This document shows positions 24,366 to 38,308 of a DNA stretch of 64,000 nt, piece by piece. Origin of the DNA: Camelus ferus (Eukaryota). The position numbers and the translations under genes were made by a program. The first letter of the stretch is position 1. Each line of letters starts with the position of its first letter. Below the pieces are notes generated by a model, which did not search any database, was not told the origin of the DNA, and saw only the letters and a program-made list of their open reading frames with translations. The stretch covers positions 38,504,001-38,568,000 of the forward strand of contig NC_045696.1 in NCBI RefSeq assembly GCF_009834535.1. Direction: 5' to 3'.

Positions 24366-27300
24366 AAAACATTTTATAACATAGTGATGTCACTGTTGTT
24401 CCCATTTACCTTTGTGGATTAGTCAGCAAAAAAACTATATTCAGTAACTGTGATGTGCCACGTACCATTCTGCATGCCGTGTAGTGAAAGAAAGATGCAT
24501 GTTTGAGTGTTTGAGATGTGGTGTACACTATGGAGAAGTCAGCAGTCTTTTCCTTCTTTAAGGTTTGGAAATGAGAGCTTGGCTAAGTAAAAAAGACTAA
24601 ATTAAACTTATGATATCTGATTTAATATACATTTTCAAGAACTGAGTGCCTGAAATATTAGTTAGTACACAAGCCCTTAAAATATGCATAAAGTAATAAA
24701 TGATTAACTAGTGAGATGATAGTGAATGTTGACATTTCACTTTTCTATTTTTATGAAAGAGACTAGTTGTTTTACCACATATTTATTCTGTTAGACAATG
24801 AACAAAGCTTTTGGTAATGAAAGATTAAAAATAAAAAATTGAAAGGTAGTTGTAAAATTTGCCTAATGCTATTCTAATTATTTTGACATTCTGATAGACC
24901 TAAGAGTAGGTTTCATAGCTGTTGATCCCTTTGTGCTCTGCTCTGTACTGTCCTACTGAGTCACTTCCAAGGTGCACCCTAAGATAGAAAAGTTCTTTTT
25001 TTCCCTGAAAATAATTATGCCATGACTCATTGGATTATTTGTATTCATCCTTTCAAGTAGTTGTCCCCTTTACATATTTCTTAAGTAATCTTTCACTGAA
25101 GCAAATAAATGAATATTCCAAGAATGATAAATGTAACTATGTGAATAGAAATGTACTTTTTATTCTATTTCATTTTGTCTTTAAAAATTTATTTTACTTT
25201 TCTGCTGAATCACTAAATCTCTAAGATGTGATTACCTTTTACTTTATAATTCTCAAGTGAAATAATGCCCTCTGTTTTTGACTTCCTATTTCAAGGCTTT
25301 TTTTATATAAATATTGAATGACTATTTTCTATGGGTTTAGGTTATATTTTGATGTTTATTTTCTATTTACGTCCTATCATAATTTTATACTTTTAAGTTT
25401 TTTTTATTACTTCTCATAAAGATAAATGTGTTGGTCAGTTGTAGATGTGAATTACACATTTAGATATCTAGAAATTGGGAATAGGGTCCTCATTCTGCTT
25501 TTATGAGAGTAAATATTTAATGTGCTGAACAGTTTTGAATATTTAAAATGTTCAACTGCTGTTTTTATTTAGCTATTTTACAAAATGTGAGATACTTGTA
25601 TTAAGAGCAGAACAATAAAACTCTATTTGAAGTGCTACTTAATTATATATTTAAATTTAAAGATAACTGACATGCAAAATTGTGTCCTAAAATAAACTAC
25701 TTTCCACCATCTGAAGTTTATTAACCTAACCACCGCCAACTCATATTAGTTTTATACTTACAAGGTGACAATTTTCATATGCCTTAAAGAATCCCAAGAG
25801 AATTCAGACTTCAAGTACAAGTCATCAGGCAAGATATAAATATAAATGTTATAAATAACATTATATAGATAAATATATTTTTATGTTACAAATAAATATT
25901 ATTTTTATCCCATTTCAAAGATCTCTAAGAAGGAATTCCAGTCCCCCTGTATCTTTTAACTGACTCTTTTAGGCTGGTATTCTATATATTTCACCTAAAA
26001 CTTTCCTTCTGCCTATTAACCTATTTAAGAAGAAAATACAAAAAAATAAATTGCACTTAAGGAGATAGAAAGTCCCTTTGTCTGCACTATCACTCTTTGT
26101 AGATGGGAAGACCATCAGTAGAACATTCTAGTTAGATAACTTTTATTTATCTCACTTATTATTTGCCAGTTTATCAACCCCCAACCCAACTTCTTCCACT
26201 GTTCTGCAATTCTGTGTTTCTAATGGACTTTAGAAGTGTTTTGCATTAATGGTCACAAATCTTAAGGGTGTCACAGGAGGAGTGACAGTATATCAGACCA
26301 AGGATTCTTCAAGACATACTTCTTGGATGTAATTTCTGGATAATCTGAGGGCCTCTCAGTCATTCTCTTAAATACCTGCTAAAGCAATGTACGCTCCAGA
26401 GGAGAAGACCTGTCCAAAAGGAGAATGAGAGTCATGGAATCCAGAAAGCTGTTCAAAATTTGAATGCTTCCACCATGTTCTTCTGGCACAGTAATGGTGC
26501 CTCCATGGAACATTCATACAAAGAAACAAAATTAATTATTGTGCAGTTACTGATGATGAGCAAATGTTGGGTTTAGTCACTCTTGTAGCTCAAACTTTTG
26601 TGACCCAGATCCTTAAAACAGGAAAGTGTTTGTCTTTTTTAAATTATCTAGTTTTAAAAAATTTTTTGGTAAAATTCACAAAATGAAATTCCATGTGAAA
26701 ATATTACAGGGTGCTTGAACCTTGTTTTATATGACTAAGCTAAATCTAACACAGTCATGCTAAAAATATATAACACATTTTGAAATATTCAATAATTAGC
26801 ACATTTTATGTAGCATAAATTAGAATAAGGAGATTATTTGCTTATATCAAATTTAAATAAACTATAATGGGAAAAAGTTTTAGAGGTTTATGTTCAAATC
26901 TCATTAAAAAGTATTGCTTTAAATTATTGATTTAATAAAATTGTAAAAATAGTTTCTTATAAATGTCATATCATACAATTTATTGATATTTTGAAAGCAA
27001 ATATTAGATATAGTGACCTTATAAAAAATAATTTATTTCTTTGTTAGAAATAAAATTTAAAAATAAATTGTTAATATGTAATTTTTACTCTAATTTTCTC
27101 AATTAAAAATCCATGGTAGATGAAATGCAAAAAGTAATCTAATTGCATTAAATTCTGATGGTCCTTTTATTATAATACATCCTTGATGTACCCTCTTTCT
27201 TTATATGTGAAGAATTAAAGTTTTGATGATCTTTTAAGGTAAAAATCCTCATTCTTGTACCATGATCTAGAACTCAATATCTTTTTCTAAACTGTTTCCT

Positions 27301-27559
27301 ATAAGTGTTCAATTACTTTCATTTCTCTTATTAATTTGAATTTTATTCTCTACTTCCATACACTTTTCCTTTCCCCCTTGTGGTGGCTCACAGTTTCAGG
27401 AAGAGGGAATGAAATCATAAACCTGTCTTCATGTCACTTTTAAATCCATTGCAGCTTATCATGGTATCAGAAGCACCACAGAAAGAATATGGGAAGAGTC
27501 ACCCTTTATTTGAAATAAATCTGGCCAATAGGGTATTGATTTTGTAGGGAAAAGTATAT

Positions 27560-28985
27560 TTTTACTTTATTTTTTATTGAGATAATGGTTGATGTACAGT
27601 GTTATATAAATTACAGATATACAATATAGTGATTCACAATTTTTAAATATTATGCTCCATTTATAGTTATTATGTAGCTATAGTCCCTGTATTGTACAAT
27701 ATATCATTGTAGCTTATTTTATACATAATAGTTTGTACTTCCTAATTCCCTACCCCTATAATGCTCCTCCTCCCTTCCCTCTACCCACTGGTAACCACTA
27801 ATTTGTTCTCTATATCTGTGAGTCTGTTTCTTTTTTGTTATATTCACTAGTTTGTTGTATTTTTAGATTCTACATATAAATGATATCATATAGTATTTGT
27901 CTTTCTCTGTCTGACTTATTCCACTTAGCATAGTATCCTCCAAGCCCATCCACATTGTTGCAAATGGCAAAATTTTGTTTTTTTATAGCTGAGTAGTACT
28001 CCATTGTATATGCATACCAAATCTTCTTTATCCATTCATCTATCGATGGACACTTAGTTTGCTTCCATATCTTGGCAATTATACATAATGCTGCTATGAA
28101 CATTGGGGTGCATATATCCTTTTAAATTAGTGTTTTTGTTTTTGTTTTTTTAAGCTTTTTTTTTATTAAGTTATAGTCATTTTACAATGTTGTGTCAAAT
28201 TCCAGTGTAGAGCACAATTTTTCAATTATACATGAACATACATACATTCATTGTCACATTCTCTTTCACTGTGAGCCACCAAAGATCCTGTATATATGTC
28301 CCTGTGCTACACAGTACAATCTTGTTTATCTGTTCTACATTTTGAAATCCCAGTCCCTTCCCAAACCCCATCCCCCTGGCAACTACAAGTTTGTATTCTA
28401 TGCCTATGAGTCTGTTTTGTATCTTTTTTTTTTTTTTTTGATTCTGCATATGAGCGATCTCATATGGTATTTTTCTTTCTCTTTCTGGCTTACTTCACGT
28501 AGAATGACATTCTCCAGTAACATCCATGTTGCTGCAAATGACTAGATAAAGAAGATGTGGTATATTTATACAATGGAATACTGTTTTTGTTTCTTTTGGA
28601 TATATACCCAGGATATATACCAAATGGTAGTTCTATTTATAGTTTTTTGAGAAATCTCTATACTGTTTTCCAGAGTGAGTGTACCAATTTACATTCCCAT
28701 CAGCAGTGTATGGGGGTTGCCTTTTCTTTACATCCGTGCCAACATTTGTTGTTTGTGTTCTTTTTGATGATAGAAATTCTGATAGGTTTGAGGTGATACC
28801 TCATTGTGGTTTTGATTTGCATTCCCCTGATGGTTAGCGATATTGAACATCATTTCATGTGCCTGTTGGCTATCTGCATGTCCTCTTTGGAAAAATGTCT
28901 GTTCAGGTCTTCTGTCCCCATCAGGTTGTTTGTTTGTTTGATGTTGAGTTGTATGAGCTGTTTAGATATTTTAGATATTAACCCA
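27560..28985 (-). mobile_element. L1 3' end (artiodactyl/L1MA-age), split by a younger L1
   Basis: Poly-T start and 3'UTR ..ctacccactggtaaccactaatttgttctctatatctgtgagtctg. ORF2 C-terminal remnant MFIAALCIIAKIWKQTKCPSIDEWIKKIWYAYTMEYYSAIKK (27870-28103). The element resumes at ~28582. Confidence 0.9.
28142..28581 (-). mobile_element. Young camelid-type L1 3' end with a 5' inversion, nested in older L1
   Basis: Poly-T tail then tattaagttatagtcattttacaatgttgtgtcaaattccagtgtagagcacaa; segment 28538-28581 lies in the opposite orientation. TSD tgtttttgttt at 28131-28141 and 28582-28592. Confidence 0.85.
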
Positions 28986-29904
28986 TAACTATAATTCTAG
29001 GGTCAAAAGACGCTAATATCATTTTTGCTCAATTATTAGATAACTAAGAAAAATAAATATGTTTGGAATGTTAAGTTGAATGGGAATAATGCTGACAATA
29101 TTGTAAGTGCTGCAGGATTAAAAACTCTATATACATTATCACCCAATTACGTAAACTGATGTACACATATAGTCAGTAAGAAAATGAATGGCAAAATTTT
29201 CTAATGTTGACACTGTGCGTCTCTGTGTGGTAGTAATATGGTTGGTTAGTCTCCTAAAGTGACTTGTAAGGTTCTTTATGCTTTGGCCCTGAATGTCCTT
29301 TGATATCTCCTTATATTTACCCTGTCACAGTATTTACTATGCTCTGCATTCCAACTGCTGTCAGTTGGAATGTTTTTTCTATTGGATTAACCATAAATGT
29401 TTATATCCTCAAGGCCTAACATAGCGTATTTCATATAAAATCTATATATTAAATATTTACTAAATAAATTAGTGAATTAAGGGTATGGATATAGACATAT
29501 ATACATTTACCCCCCCCACACACACACAATTTCTACTATACTTAAAGTGAACCTTTTAAAGCTTTAACACTGAAATACTTTTGCCCCTTAGTCATAAAGT
29601 GCTCACTTAGGACAATAAGCATTCTATTCATCAATTCAACATCCTGGAACAGAACTGCCAAAGGCGTAGTGTTCAGTTGTGTAAACCTAAGCAGGAACAC
29701 CCTGAAAATATGCAGGAGAGATTATTGTTTATTTGTTCTTATAAATCTCTGGTGCCTGAAATTCCATCTCCTGTGTATATATAGTTTTGTCTGCTATTTA
29801 CCATCTGCATTCTCATGAATTTATAACTCATAATGCCATTCTTTTTTTTTTCTCTTGAAATGTCCAGTAGTTTAGTCAAAGAGAAAGGCAAGTTAAACAA
29901 ATGG

Positions 29905-30020
29905 TCATAATCTGATCAACTCCAAGTTCTAGTCCCTAAACTGCTGCTATCCAGCTGTGTAAATTCAGGCAAGTTATGTACTCTTCCTGGACCTCAGATT
30001 CTTCATTGGATAACATGATG
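29905..30020 (+). mobile_element. MIR fragment
   Basis: aagttctagtccctaaactgctgctatccagctgtgtaaattcaggcaagttatgtactcttcctggacctcagattcttcat. Confidence 0.65.
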
Positions 30021-30679
30021 AGCCTTCTATGTGCAGTCTTTTCATATTTAAAATCAGTTTTCTATATAACTTCAAGACTTGATGTAATAAAAATAAGAAA
30101 ACAACACAGTTTGTGAACATGCAAAACTCTTTTTGACACCTCAGTAAAAAGAAACCTTCTCCTAAAAGTCTCACCAACTTTCCAAGCATACAGCTCTTGC
30201 TGTAGGTCTTACACTGTAATACTTCGCAGGATTATTGAAAGTTTACCGTGGTGACTTCAGGTTGTACAGTTGTTTTTAGAGGTAAAGGAGAAGTATCTTA
30301 GTAACATTTCATCCCATGTTCAAGTCCATATCACTTTACTCTAGTGAGAAGAAATAAAAATCTTTATGGTTTTTGGAAAATAAATACATTATTGGAAATT
30401 ATGTATTATTGAAAAATAAGTACATTATTATGTCACATTAAATACTTGTTTATGTAAATAGATACAGTTTTCATGGTTTAAGAATAAAAATAAGAATGTT
30501 GTTCACTCTTTTTCTTTACTTCTTCCCCCCTCACACTCTGGTCTGTCACTGTAGACTCTTTTTCTTTGTTTACCCCTCCCCCACCCTCTCCTTTCTCCTC
30601 CTCCTCGTATTTGATTTTTGGTTACCTCTTGTTTTGACCGTATGTTTATTTCTCAAGTTTGTATCTAAGTCACTCTTTG

Positions 30680-31170
30680 AAATGATTTGCATATGTTCTT
30701 TATTCTGTTACTTATTTCCATGATGTAATAAATTCCAAATATAATTTGGTCTTTCAACAACAGAATTTAAGCTCCATGAGAGCTGGACTTTTCCACTATA
30801 TTTTATTGATCAGGCTACTCTATCCCTGGAGAACTGAAGAGTACTAGGTATAAAGCTCAGTAAATATTTGCTTAATAAATGAATGAACAAACATTCATTA
30901 AGCCATGTGGCCCATCATATACTACTGGTAAGAAAGAAAGAGGTTAATGTGGCTTCCTCAAATGCCTTCCTTTACTCTAATTGGGGAGACAAGGCTAGCA
31001 GACTGAAAAAGGCCTAGCAAAAAATAAAAGGAAACATTTTTTCAGTTAAGTGCTTAAATTATAAGATTCAGAACACAAAGGCTGTAGTTCAGAGGAGGAA
31101 AGCTTAATTGAGCTGGAATGCTTCCTGGAGGAGCTTTACCCTAAAGGAAGGATAGCATTTGGATTGGCCA
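30680..31170. mobile_element. Two L2 3' fragments tail-to-tail (+ then -)
   Basis: + copy: agaatttaagctccatgagagc..gctcagtaaatatttgcttaataaatgaatga. - copy: aaacattcattaagc..ctaattggggagacaag..gcttcctggaggag. Confidence 0.55.
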
Positions 31171-32634
31171 TATAAGGAGTGTTGAACCTTGAGATTATGA
31201 AGCCTTGTAGGAGAGGAACAAATTTTCAAAAAACTTTTTGCTGGCCAGGTTTTCAAAAAGCCTAATTCTTCATGTGCATATCTGAAGAAACTTTCACTGA
31301 ATCAAGATTTACCACAGTCAGTCTTTGATAAGAAAGTTATAGAATCATGCTCATTCAATTTAGGAAACAATTTGCACACAGAATTATGGACTAGGTCTTA
31401 GTAGCAATGTTCTATTCTGCTTCCTCAAACATGAGCAGCGCTGGATAAAAAGATTTGAATATCAAGGAAGAGATTTGTCAGAAGAAGAAGCTTACTTTGG
31501 TGGTGGCAGAGTGGGGAGTGGTTCTTTTAAGGAAGCAGGCTTAGCAAAAAATAACTTCCATGGGGAGGAAATTTACATGGCACTGTTACAAGATGCACAG
31601 TTTTGATAGTGATTTATAAACAGCCATTAGAGTGGGATGCTCGTCTTCCCACAGCAACATCTCTGAGCACTAAGCACTTTTTGGTCAAGCCCCTAGGATT
31701 TAACTGCAGGGTGTTCAGTTATAAAACCGTTCTTCATCGATCTGAGCTGTTGAGTTCTTAACTGTAGCTTATTTTCACTTTGACTTTGAAATCCATAAAT
31801 GCCAGTCACAGCATTTAGGAACTAAAATCATTGGCACAAGAATTTAAATGAAGAGTGATAAATCAAGGCTGCCAGTGGCTACTGCCTCAGCCAGATGCAA
31901 ACACCACAACCACAGTTTTTAATAGCCTTGCATGCCTAATTTCAAATTAAGTGTGACAAATTAAGCAGGAAGTTAATTACTATCTTGAAACAAATAGTCT
32001 GATGTTGATTGGAAAGGGCATCATAAAGCTGTGTTTTATCTTAACACAATACCCAGAGGAAATATTAGAAAATAGAGATGTACAAATAACGATTAGTTCA
32101 GGTTAAAAAAAAAGCAGAGGGGAGAGGTTTAATATGCATCTGGTTAGATCACTGTAGGTATATGAAAAGGAGACTTCCTCTGAGAATAGCTTTACTAGGC
32201 TAAAAACAGGAAGTGAATTCACAGATGCATCAGAATTTTGGTACCTGTGTGGTAGATGAGGGAAGACGAGGCTCCGGGGCATATATCTCTACCACTGCAG
32301 AACAGACAATTAGAATGCCTGCCAGCTCTTCTCATGGCAGAAGTGCTAATCTGAATGACTGCACTTAAAGTGAATGTGACCTTAAAAATTTGAAGATAAG
32401 TCACAAAATTCTTAACTAGTCCTTCATTTATTTTTCTGTACCTGCTGCACTCCATGGCCCTGATTGTCTTTAGACATTTATTGGACAGCAGCTTCTTCTT
32501 TAAGTGACTTCCTACTTGACTTAATGATTTTTAATACTGTTCGAGGAAATGTTTCAAGAAAGAATCTGTTCTTTGGAGTTCAGATGGATCTTAGGAACAA
32601 TATAGTTCAACTTTCATTTAATGTGATATAGTTA

Positions 32635-32890
32635 AAAATCACTTACTGGGTCAGACACTGTCCTTAGCACTTACATTGAATCCTAAAATCAACCAACCCA
32701 GTAAGGTAAAAATACCTTATTATTAATAAGATATGACAATATAAGCATTTTCCAGATGAGGAAACTGACTCACAAAGAGACTAAGTAAAATGCCAATATC
32801 CCTGTTACAAACCAGACATGGACAAACCAGAATTTGTAGCTAGGTGTCTGGGCCCAGAAGTCTGCACTCCTAACCATTGGTAGTACATGG
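32635..32890 (-). mobile_element. MIR SINE
   Basis: cacttactgggtcagacactgtccttagcactt..cattttccagatgaggaaactgactcacaaagagactaagtaa..ccagaagtctgcactcctaacca. Confidence 0.75.
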
Positions 32891-33409
32891 CCTTTTTAAC
32901 CTGGGCCCCAAGAGAGCAACAGTAGTTATAAAAGTCTAATTATTTAGTCACAACTTACTCATACCAGTCTCTTTTCTTCTCTATTACAAATCAGGAACAT
33001 ACCTACCTCAGAAAATAAAGATTAGACACAAAGATTAAGGTAGCTTTTTATCAGACCCTATAGAAAATATGATGAGCCATCACAGTGCATGTATAGACTG
33101 CAGGAGGCTTTTGAGCTGTCCTTTCTAGCCTCTTATCACAAATCTTGCCTAAATTGGAGTCTGTAAATCAGAGGAGGATACTGAAACTCAAAAGTGTCTC
33201 CTTAAAAAAAAGATTCTTAGGTCTTTCAAACTCTTAGGTCTTGACCCTGAAACAAGTATTTTTATTGTTTATATGTTTATAATAGGGCACATTTTATACA
33301 TTTTAGAGAAAATGAAGGAAGGGTTCAAATTTAAAATGCATATATTCTCTGGTACAGTTCTTCACATACATGTGTTTTGTCAATTCCAAAAGAAAAGTAT
33401 TTCATAAAA

Positions 33410-33820
33410 CCTGAGCCACTCCACCCAGCCATGGTAGTCTTTTTCTGTTGTCCAAACACCCCAGGGACATTCCTGCCTCATGGCCTCTCTTTTTTGTTAC
33501 CTCCTTCAGGTCTTTGCTCAAATGGCACTTGGTCATGGAAACTTTTCATGGCCACTTAAGTTAAAATTATAATTTTTCATGTCCACCACTCCCAACTCCA
33601 TTTTCTGCCTTCTTTTTTTTTCTTATGACACTTATCACCGTTTTCCATTTTATTCAAATGTTTATTTTCTGTCTTTCACCAACTTTTATGTGAGCTCCAT
33701 TTAGGCAAAGACTTCTGTCATTTTTATTTACTATATTCCCAGTGTTTAGAATAGAACCTGGCTCATGCCAGTTACCCAGGGTCGTTTATTGAATGGGTGA
33801 ATAATTGAATAACTGAATAT
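33410..33820 (+). mobile_element. L2a 3' end
   Basis: cattcctgcctcatggcct..ttcaggtctttgctcaaatggcact..tgtgagctcca..cccagtgtttagaatagaacctggc..ttattgaatgggtgaataa. Confidence 0.75.
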
Positions 33821-34883
33821 TTTTTCAAGTTAAATTTCATGATAACTTAGTGGCCATTTTCTAATTAGATAGCGTATGTAGATTAGAATTGATATAAAAC
33901 TACCTAATATTTACAGTTAAAGTATCTTTTATTTTGACATTACTTTGACATTTTCACTCTAGTCAATTATTAAAATACCCTGTAGGATCAGCATTTTGTT
34001 TTAAAAGGTGATGTTAACTGCTAAGCAGAATCAATGTATATTTATTAATGACCATGCCTACACTATGAGCAGGGCTTAGAGATGTGTTTTGGGGGAACTA
34101 TAAAACATGTCAAAATTACTTGAAAGAACAAATCTTTAAAGTTGTTATCATGGCCAGTCTAAACAGTTCCTGCTCTGTAGTTAGAAATAAATTGAATTCA
34201 TTACTGTATCCTCAGGGCCTAATACAGTGCCTAGCACCTGGGAGACCTTCATAAACATTTGTTGAATAAAGGATTACATGATTAAGTAAAGGGATGGACT
34301 TTTAAGTTAAGTTTTCATGATGCTTTACTAAACACCTTCTACTTAAAGGGGATATGTATACATAGAGAAACAAAGTTTGCAATACAACACATTTACAGTA
34401 CAACCAATTTTTTTCATTTATAATGATTTACTAAAGTATATAAAGATGTAAAACATTGTAATATTTAGGAAATTTTATATTTAATAATATGTTTGTAAAA
34501 GATGTAGAATTTTAAAATACCTTTAAGGTATAGAATTTTGTGTGATTATATCAAAGCTCTTTTCTAAGGAATACCATCTTAGTATAATTGTGACACTCAA
34601 AGTTGAAAGAAGAAAAATTAAGATAAGATGTGTGTTGCTAGAGAGAAGAGTATAGTGTGATAGATAGACTTCGGACTGAGGGTCTATAGCTCCTGATTCT
34701 CATTCTGATGAACCATTCTCATTCATCTTATTTGGATGAAGTTGGGACATCCTTGTAGTTTTCTGTATGGTACCAGAGCTTTTTCATGACATAAAAGGAC
34801 AGTTTCCAATATTTATTCCAAATAAACAATGTGAGGATTCTATGCAGGTAGATTCTAGATCAGTTCACGTATCCCCTTATAAT

Positions 34884-35104
34884 CTAACCTTTTTCTATAA
34901 AAGGCCAGATAGCAAGTATCATAAAGTATATGGCTGTGTGGGCCATATATTCTCTGTCAGACTACTAAACTCTGCCCTTGTAACAGGAAAGCAGCCCTGG
35001 ACAACACTTAAATGAAGGAGCATGGCCGTGTGCTAATAAAACTTTACTTACAGAAACAGGTATTGGGCTGGATTTGGCCCACAGGCCATAGTTTACCAAC
35101 CCTG
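34884..35104 (-). mobile_element. MER58A (hAT-Charlie) MITE
   Basis: tttttctataaaaggccagatag..actctgcccttgtaacaggaaagcagcc..ctaataaaactttacttacagaaacagg..gggctggatttggcccacaggccatagtttaccaaccctg; the left TIR is degraded. Confidence 0.85.
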
Positions 35105-37029
35105 TCCAGATGATAAAACTTTATGTTCTTAGATAAAGTAATTGGATGCTTTGGATTAATATGCCCATACTTAAAATCTGAAGGGAGAAGGAAATATTCT
35201 CTGAAGACAGATGGTTTTCTCATTTAGAAATCATCCTTTTAAGGTAGATAGATTTTTTTTTTTAATTTTAAAGTGATGAAGGCTATTTAAGGCTTTTAGT
35301 TTTCCTGAAATAGTGTGAGGCATTGTGAATCTTAATTTGTGAGAAAATGAAATTATGATCATTTTTTATGTAAATGCATACACACAGTATGAATTAAAGA
35401 ATTTTAAATCACCTAAACAAATTGTCTCACCTAGTTTGGGGAATGGTCAAATTTTATGTTTCTCTAGTTCCTCCAATTCCAGATTTCATTTGTGGATGAG
35501 CAGTACAAAACTAAATTAAATTTAATGGATAATTAAAATGCTAAGATTTCAAGTTAATAGGGATTATTTCCACATGAGTATCATTTACAGAGATTCCATG
35601 TTAAAAACAATAAATCTAGACTTTTGTAGATATTTCACTACCACTAACAAGTAACAACTTATTCCAGCTGTTTAGCTTTCAATTCATATGCTTGTTACTT
35701 TAAAACTTTGCAAATTCAATACAAAAGCAGTTGTCAAAGTCTGGATAGATTGGTACAATAAGACGAAACTAAAATTTAATTGATTTGAGCCATCAAAATA
35801 GAAAGACTGACTCTTACTCATCAAACATTTTTCTTAAACTTGTCTTGATGAACTGCACAAATCCTGGCAACCTACTGCACAAATCCTGGCAACCAAGTAA
35901 GAATGATTTGAAAGTATGGTACAAATATAATACAAAGAAAAGAAAGAATTTAGAATTTGATATTTGGCTTTTATTTTTTTAAAGATGGACCCGTACATAA
36001 GTATTTCACCAGAGTTTTCCATGAGATGATTTGTATATAGATAAAGTCATTTGTGTATAAAGTCAGTTTATACTCCATTCTCCATTAGAAATATTTAAGA
36101 ATAGAGAGGTCTTGTCATGAAATAGAACAGACCCAGGACTATTGAGATCTGTAGTTAATGTTTTGTAACTACAGCAATTTGTTATTTTAATGTTGAAATA
36201 CGAGTTTAATCTGCTTATTAAGTGAAAATTAGCTACATTTTTGTTGATGCATTTGTTTGCATCTTCACATTGTAAGTATGCGTTCCTATACCTGTGAACA
36301 TTTCATTATGTTGAAAAAGTAACTAAATAGCAAATGGTTCCACAAGTCAGTTTAAATAAAAGTACTATAGTCTCCCTCTTTTTCCTCCTATTGTAGTTTT
36401 TTTCCTGTGGGTTCTGTATTGGTAGGAAATTGCTTAATTTTTTTTTCTGACCACAGATGATCAGTCCTCTGTGGTCTGAGACACTTTCTTTTACCAACTA
36501 AAATAGAGAACTATAATCCAATTTAGATCTGTTTTCATAATGCCTGTCAGAGTCCAGCCCTTATTAGAATAGTTTAAGATCAATAGAAAGGAAGGAAGGA
36601 AATAACACAATAGTGTTTGCCATCTTTTCTGAGATACAGTATGTGTCATGTAATGGACCTTCAAATAAATGTTGGTTGACTGACTAAATGAATAAAAAAA
36701 TGAGAAAAAGAAACTTATGTTTATGTGTACTGTCTCTTTTGATTTCATAGCCATACTTTGGCTTAGGAAGTTTTGTTTTTATTTTCTTCTCTTGACCCAA
36801 ATGGAAGAAGATTGACATGTTTAAGTCTAAAAATCACCAAACATATGATCACAGTGAAGTAAGTTTGAATTGGGGGAATTCTAGGCTAAAGAAAGTGTTC
36901 TGTAAATAGTCGTCTTTCCTCTTTTAACTAGGATAAATATTCAGTAGTTGTCTTTGTTTTCTGAGCAATAGAGAGGTTCCCAGGGAATTAAGTCTGAAAA
37001 TGCAGAGAATAAAGATAAGCAAATAATTC

Positions 37030-37538
37030 TATCAGTTAGGAATGCATTTGGCTAAAGAAACAGAAAATCTGACTGAGTTTTCTTAAAGGAAAAGGAGTTT
37101 ATTTTTCTCATGTAACAAGAACAGAGGTAGAGTCTCACTGGAGGCGGTTGAACTATCCAGTGATAATTCATGGCTTCTGGATCTTTCTGTATTTCTATAA
37201 TGTCATACAAAGATTCTTGGCATCTTTTTTCCTGACTGCAAAGATGCAAGCTGCACATCCCGGGAGCAATCACAGCAGAGAGAAGGATGTACAACAAAAT
37301 GGTGACAATACCTCTGTCTGTCCCTTTTCACTGGGGAAGAAAAGGCTTCTAGCAAACCATAACTAGCAAACTTTTGTTTAGATTTCAGTAGTCAGATCTT
37401 GGCCCTGTAGCCACCCATAACTGCAAAGCAGGCTGGAAAATCAAGTTTGGTGCATTTAAATCCCTGTAGGAGAAAATGACAGCAAAGAACACATTTGAAA
37501 ATTGGTGTTGAGTAGGTTGGCCTGTAGTGTCTGTCACA
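37030..37538 (-). mobile_element. Old MLT1 (J/K/L-like) MaLR LTR
   Basis: tatcagttaggaatgcatttggct..aacagaaaatctgact..tttatttttctcatgtaacaagaa..gccacccataactgcaaagcaggctggaaaat..gtgtctgtcaca. Confidence 0.7.
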
Positions 37539-38308
37539 ATAATCTTTAGCAAATGAATTTGTTAATTGAACTATATAATAGATTCTGAGAAAATTAACCA
37601 ATATGAATATTTAAATGAATTATAAACAGTATTTAGATCATAAATCCTATTTCTAGGTTTAGAGAAAGCAGTTGGAAGGCTAAATTCTAAAAGTTTAGAA
37701 GTGGTTATTTTGGGGATATGAAGTGATCACTTGTTTTTTCTTGTTACTATTTATTGTATTTTAAAAACACTTTACAATAAGATGTTTTGTTAAAAGAATG
37801 AAGATTAGCTTTTCTAGGAAAATAATAATAGGGATGTTAGTAAGTTCCTTATACTTTAATATTCACTAAGTAAATAGTTCTACTTTATAAAATATTTATT
37901 TTATAAATTTATTGAAGAGATTTATTAAACCATACTGTGTTACTAGTACTTCATACCATCAAATAGTATAGGTCAGAAAATAATAAGGTATAGTGTCCTT
38001 CCTCAAAGGTGTTATTCTGCTTAGGAAGATCTTTACATTTCTTTTGTCTGCAATACACAGTTGAGTTAAATCCATATTTTGTTGGATCTGTTAATAAGAA
38101 AACTTTTTCAAATTCACAAAAGATAAGAAATTTAAAATTGGTTTGTTTTTTCAGACAGAAATTCAAGAATGCACTCCTCCATTATAGTGAACAATCATAC
38201 TTATTTTTATCGTACTTTAGCCTTGTGGCTAATCATTTCCTCTTCATAATCATGTTTTAAACTAGGTTCCATGCTCTTAAAAGGACTCTCTGTCTCTGTC
38301 TCACTTTA

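Noticed and set aside
27870..28988. Cluster of short ORFs
   Set aside because: L1 ORF2 C-terminal remnants and antisense L1 frames, not host genes.
30870..30903. miR-28/151-like hairpin from tail-to-tail L2 ends
   Set aside because: The stem is only ~12 bp with a 4-nt bulge and does not extend outward; too short for a pre-miRNA.
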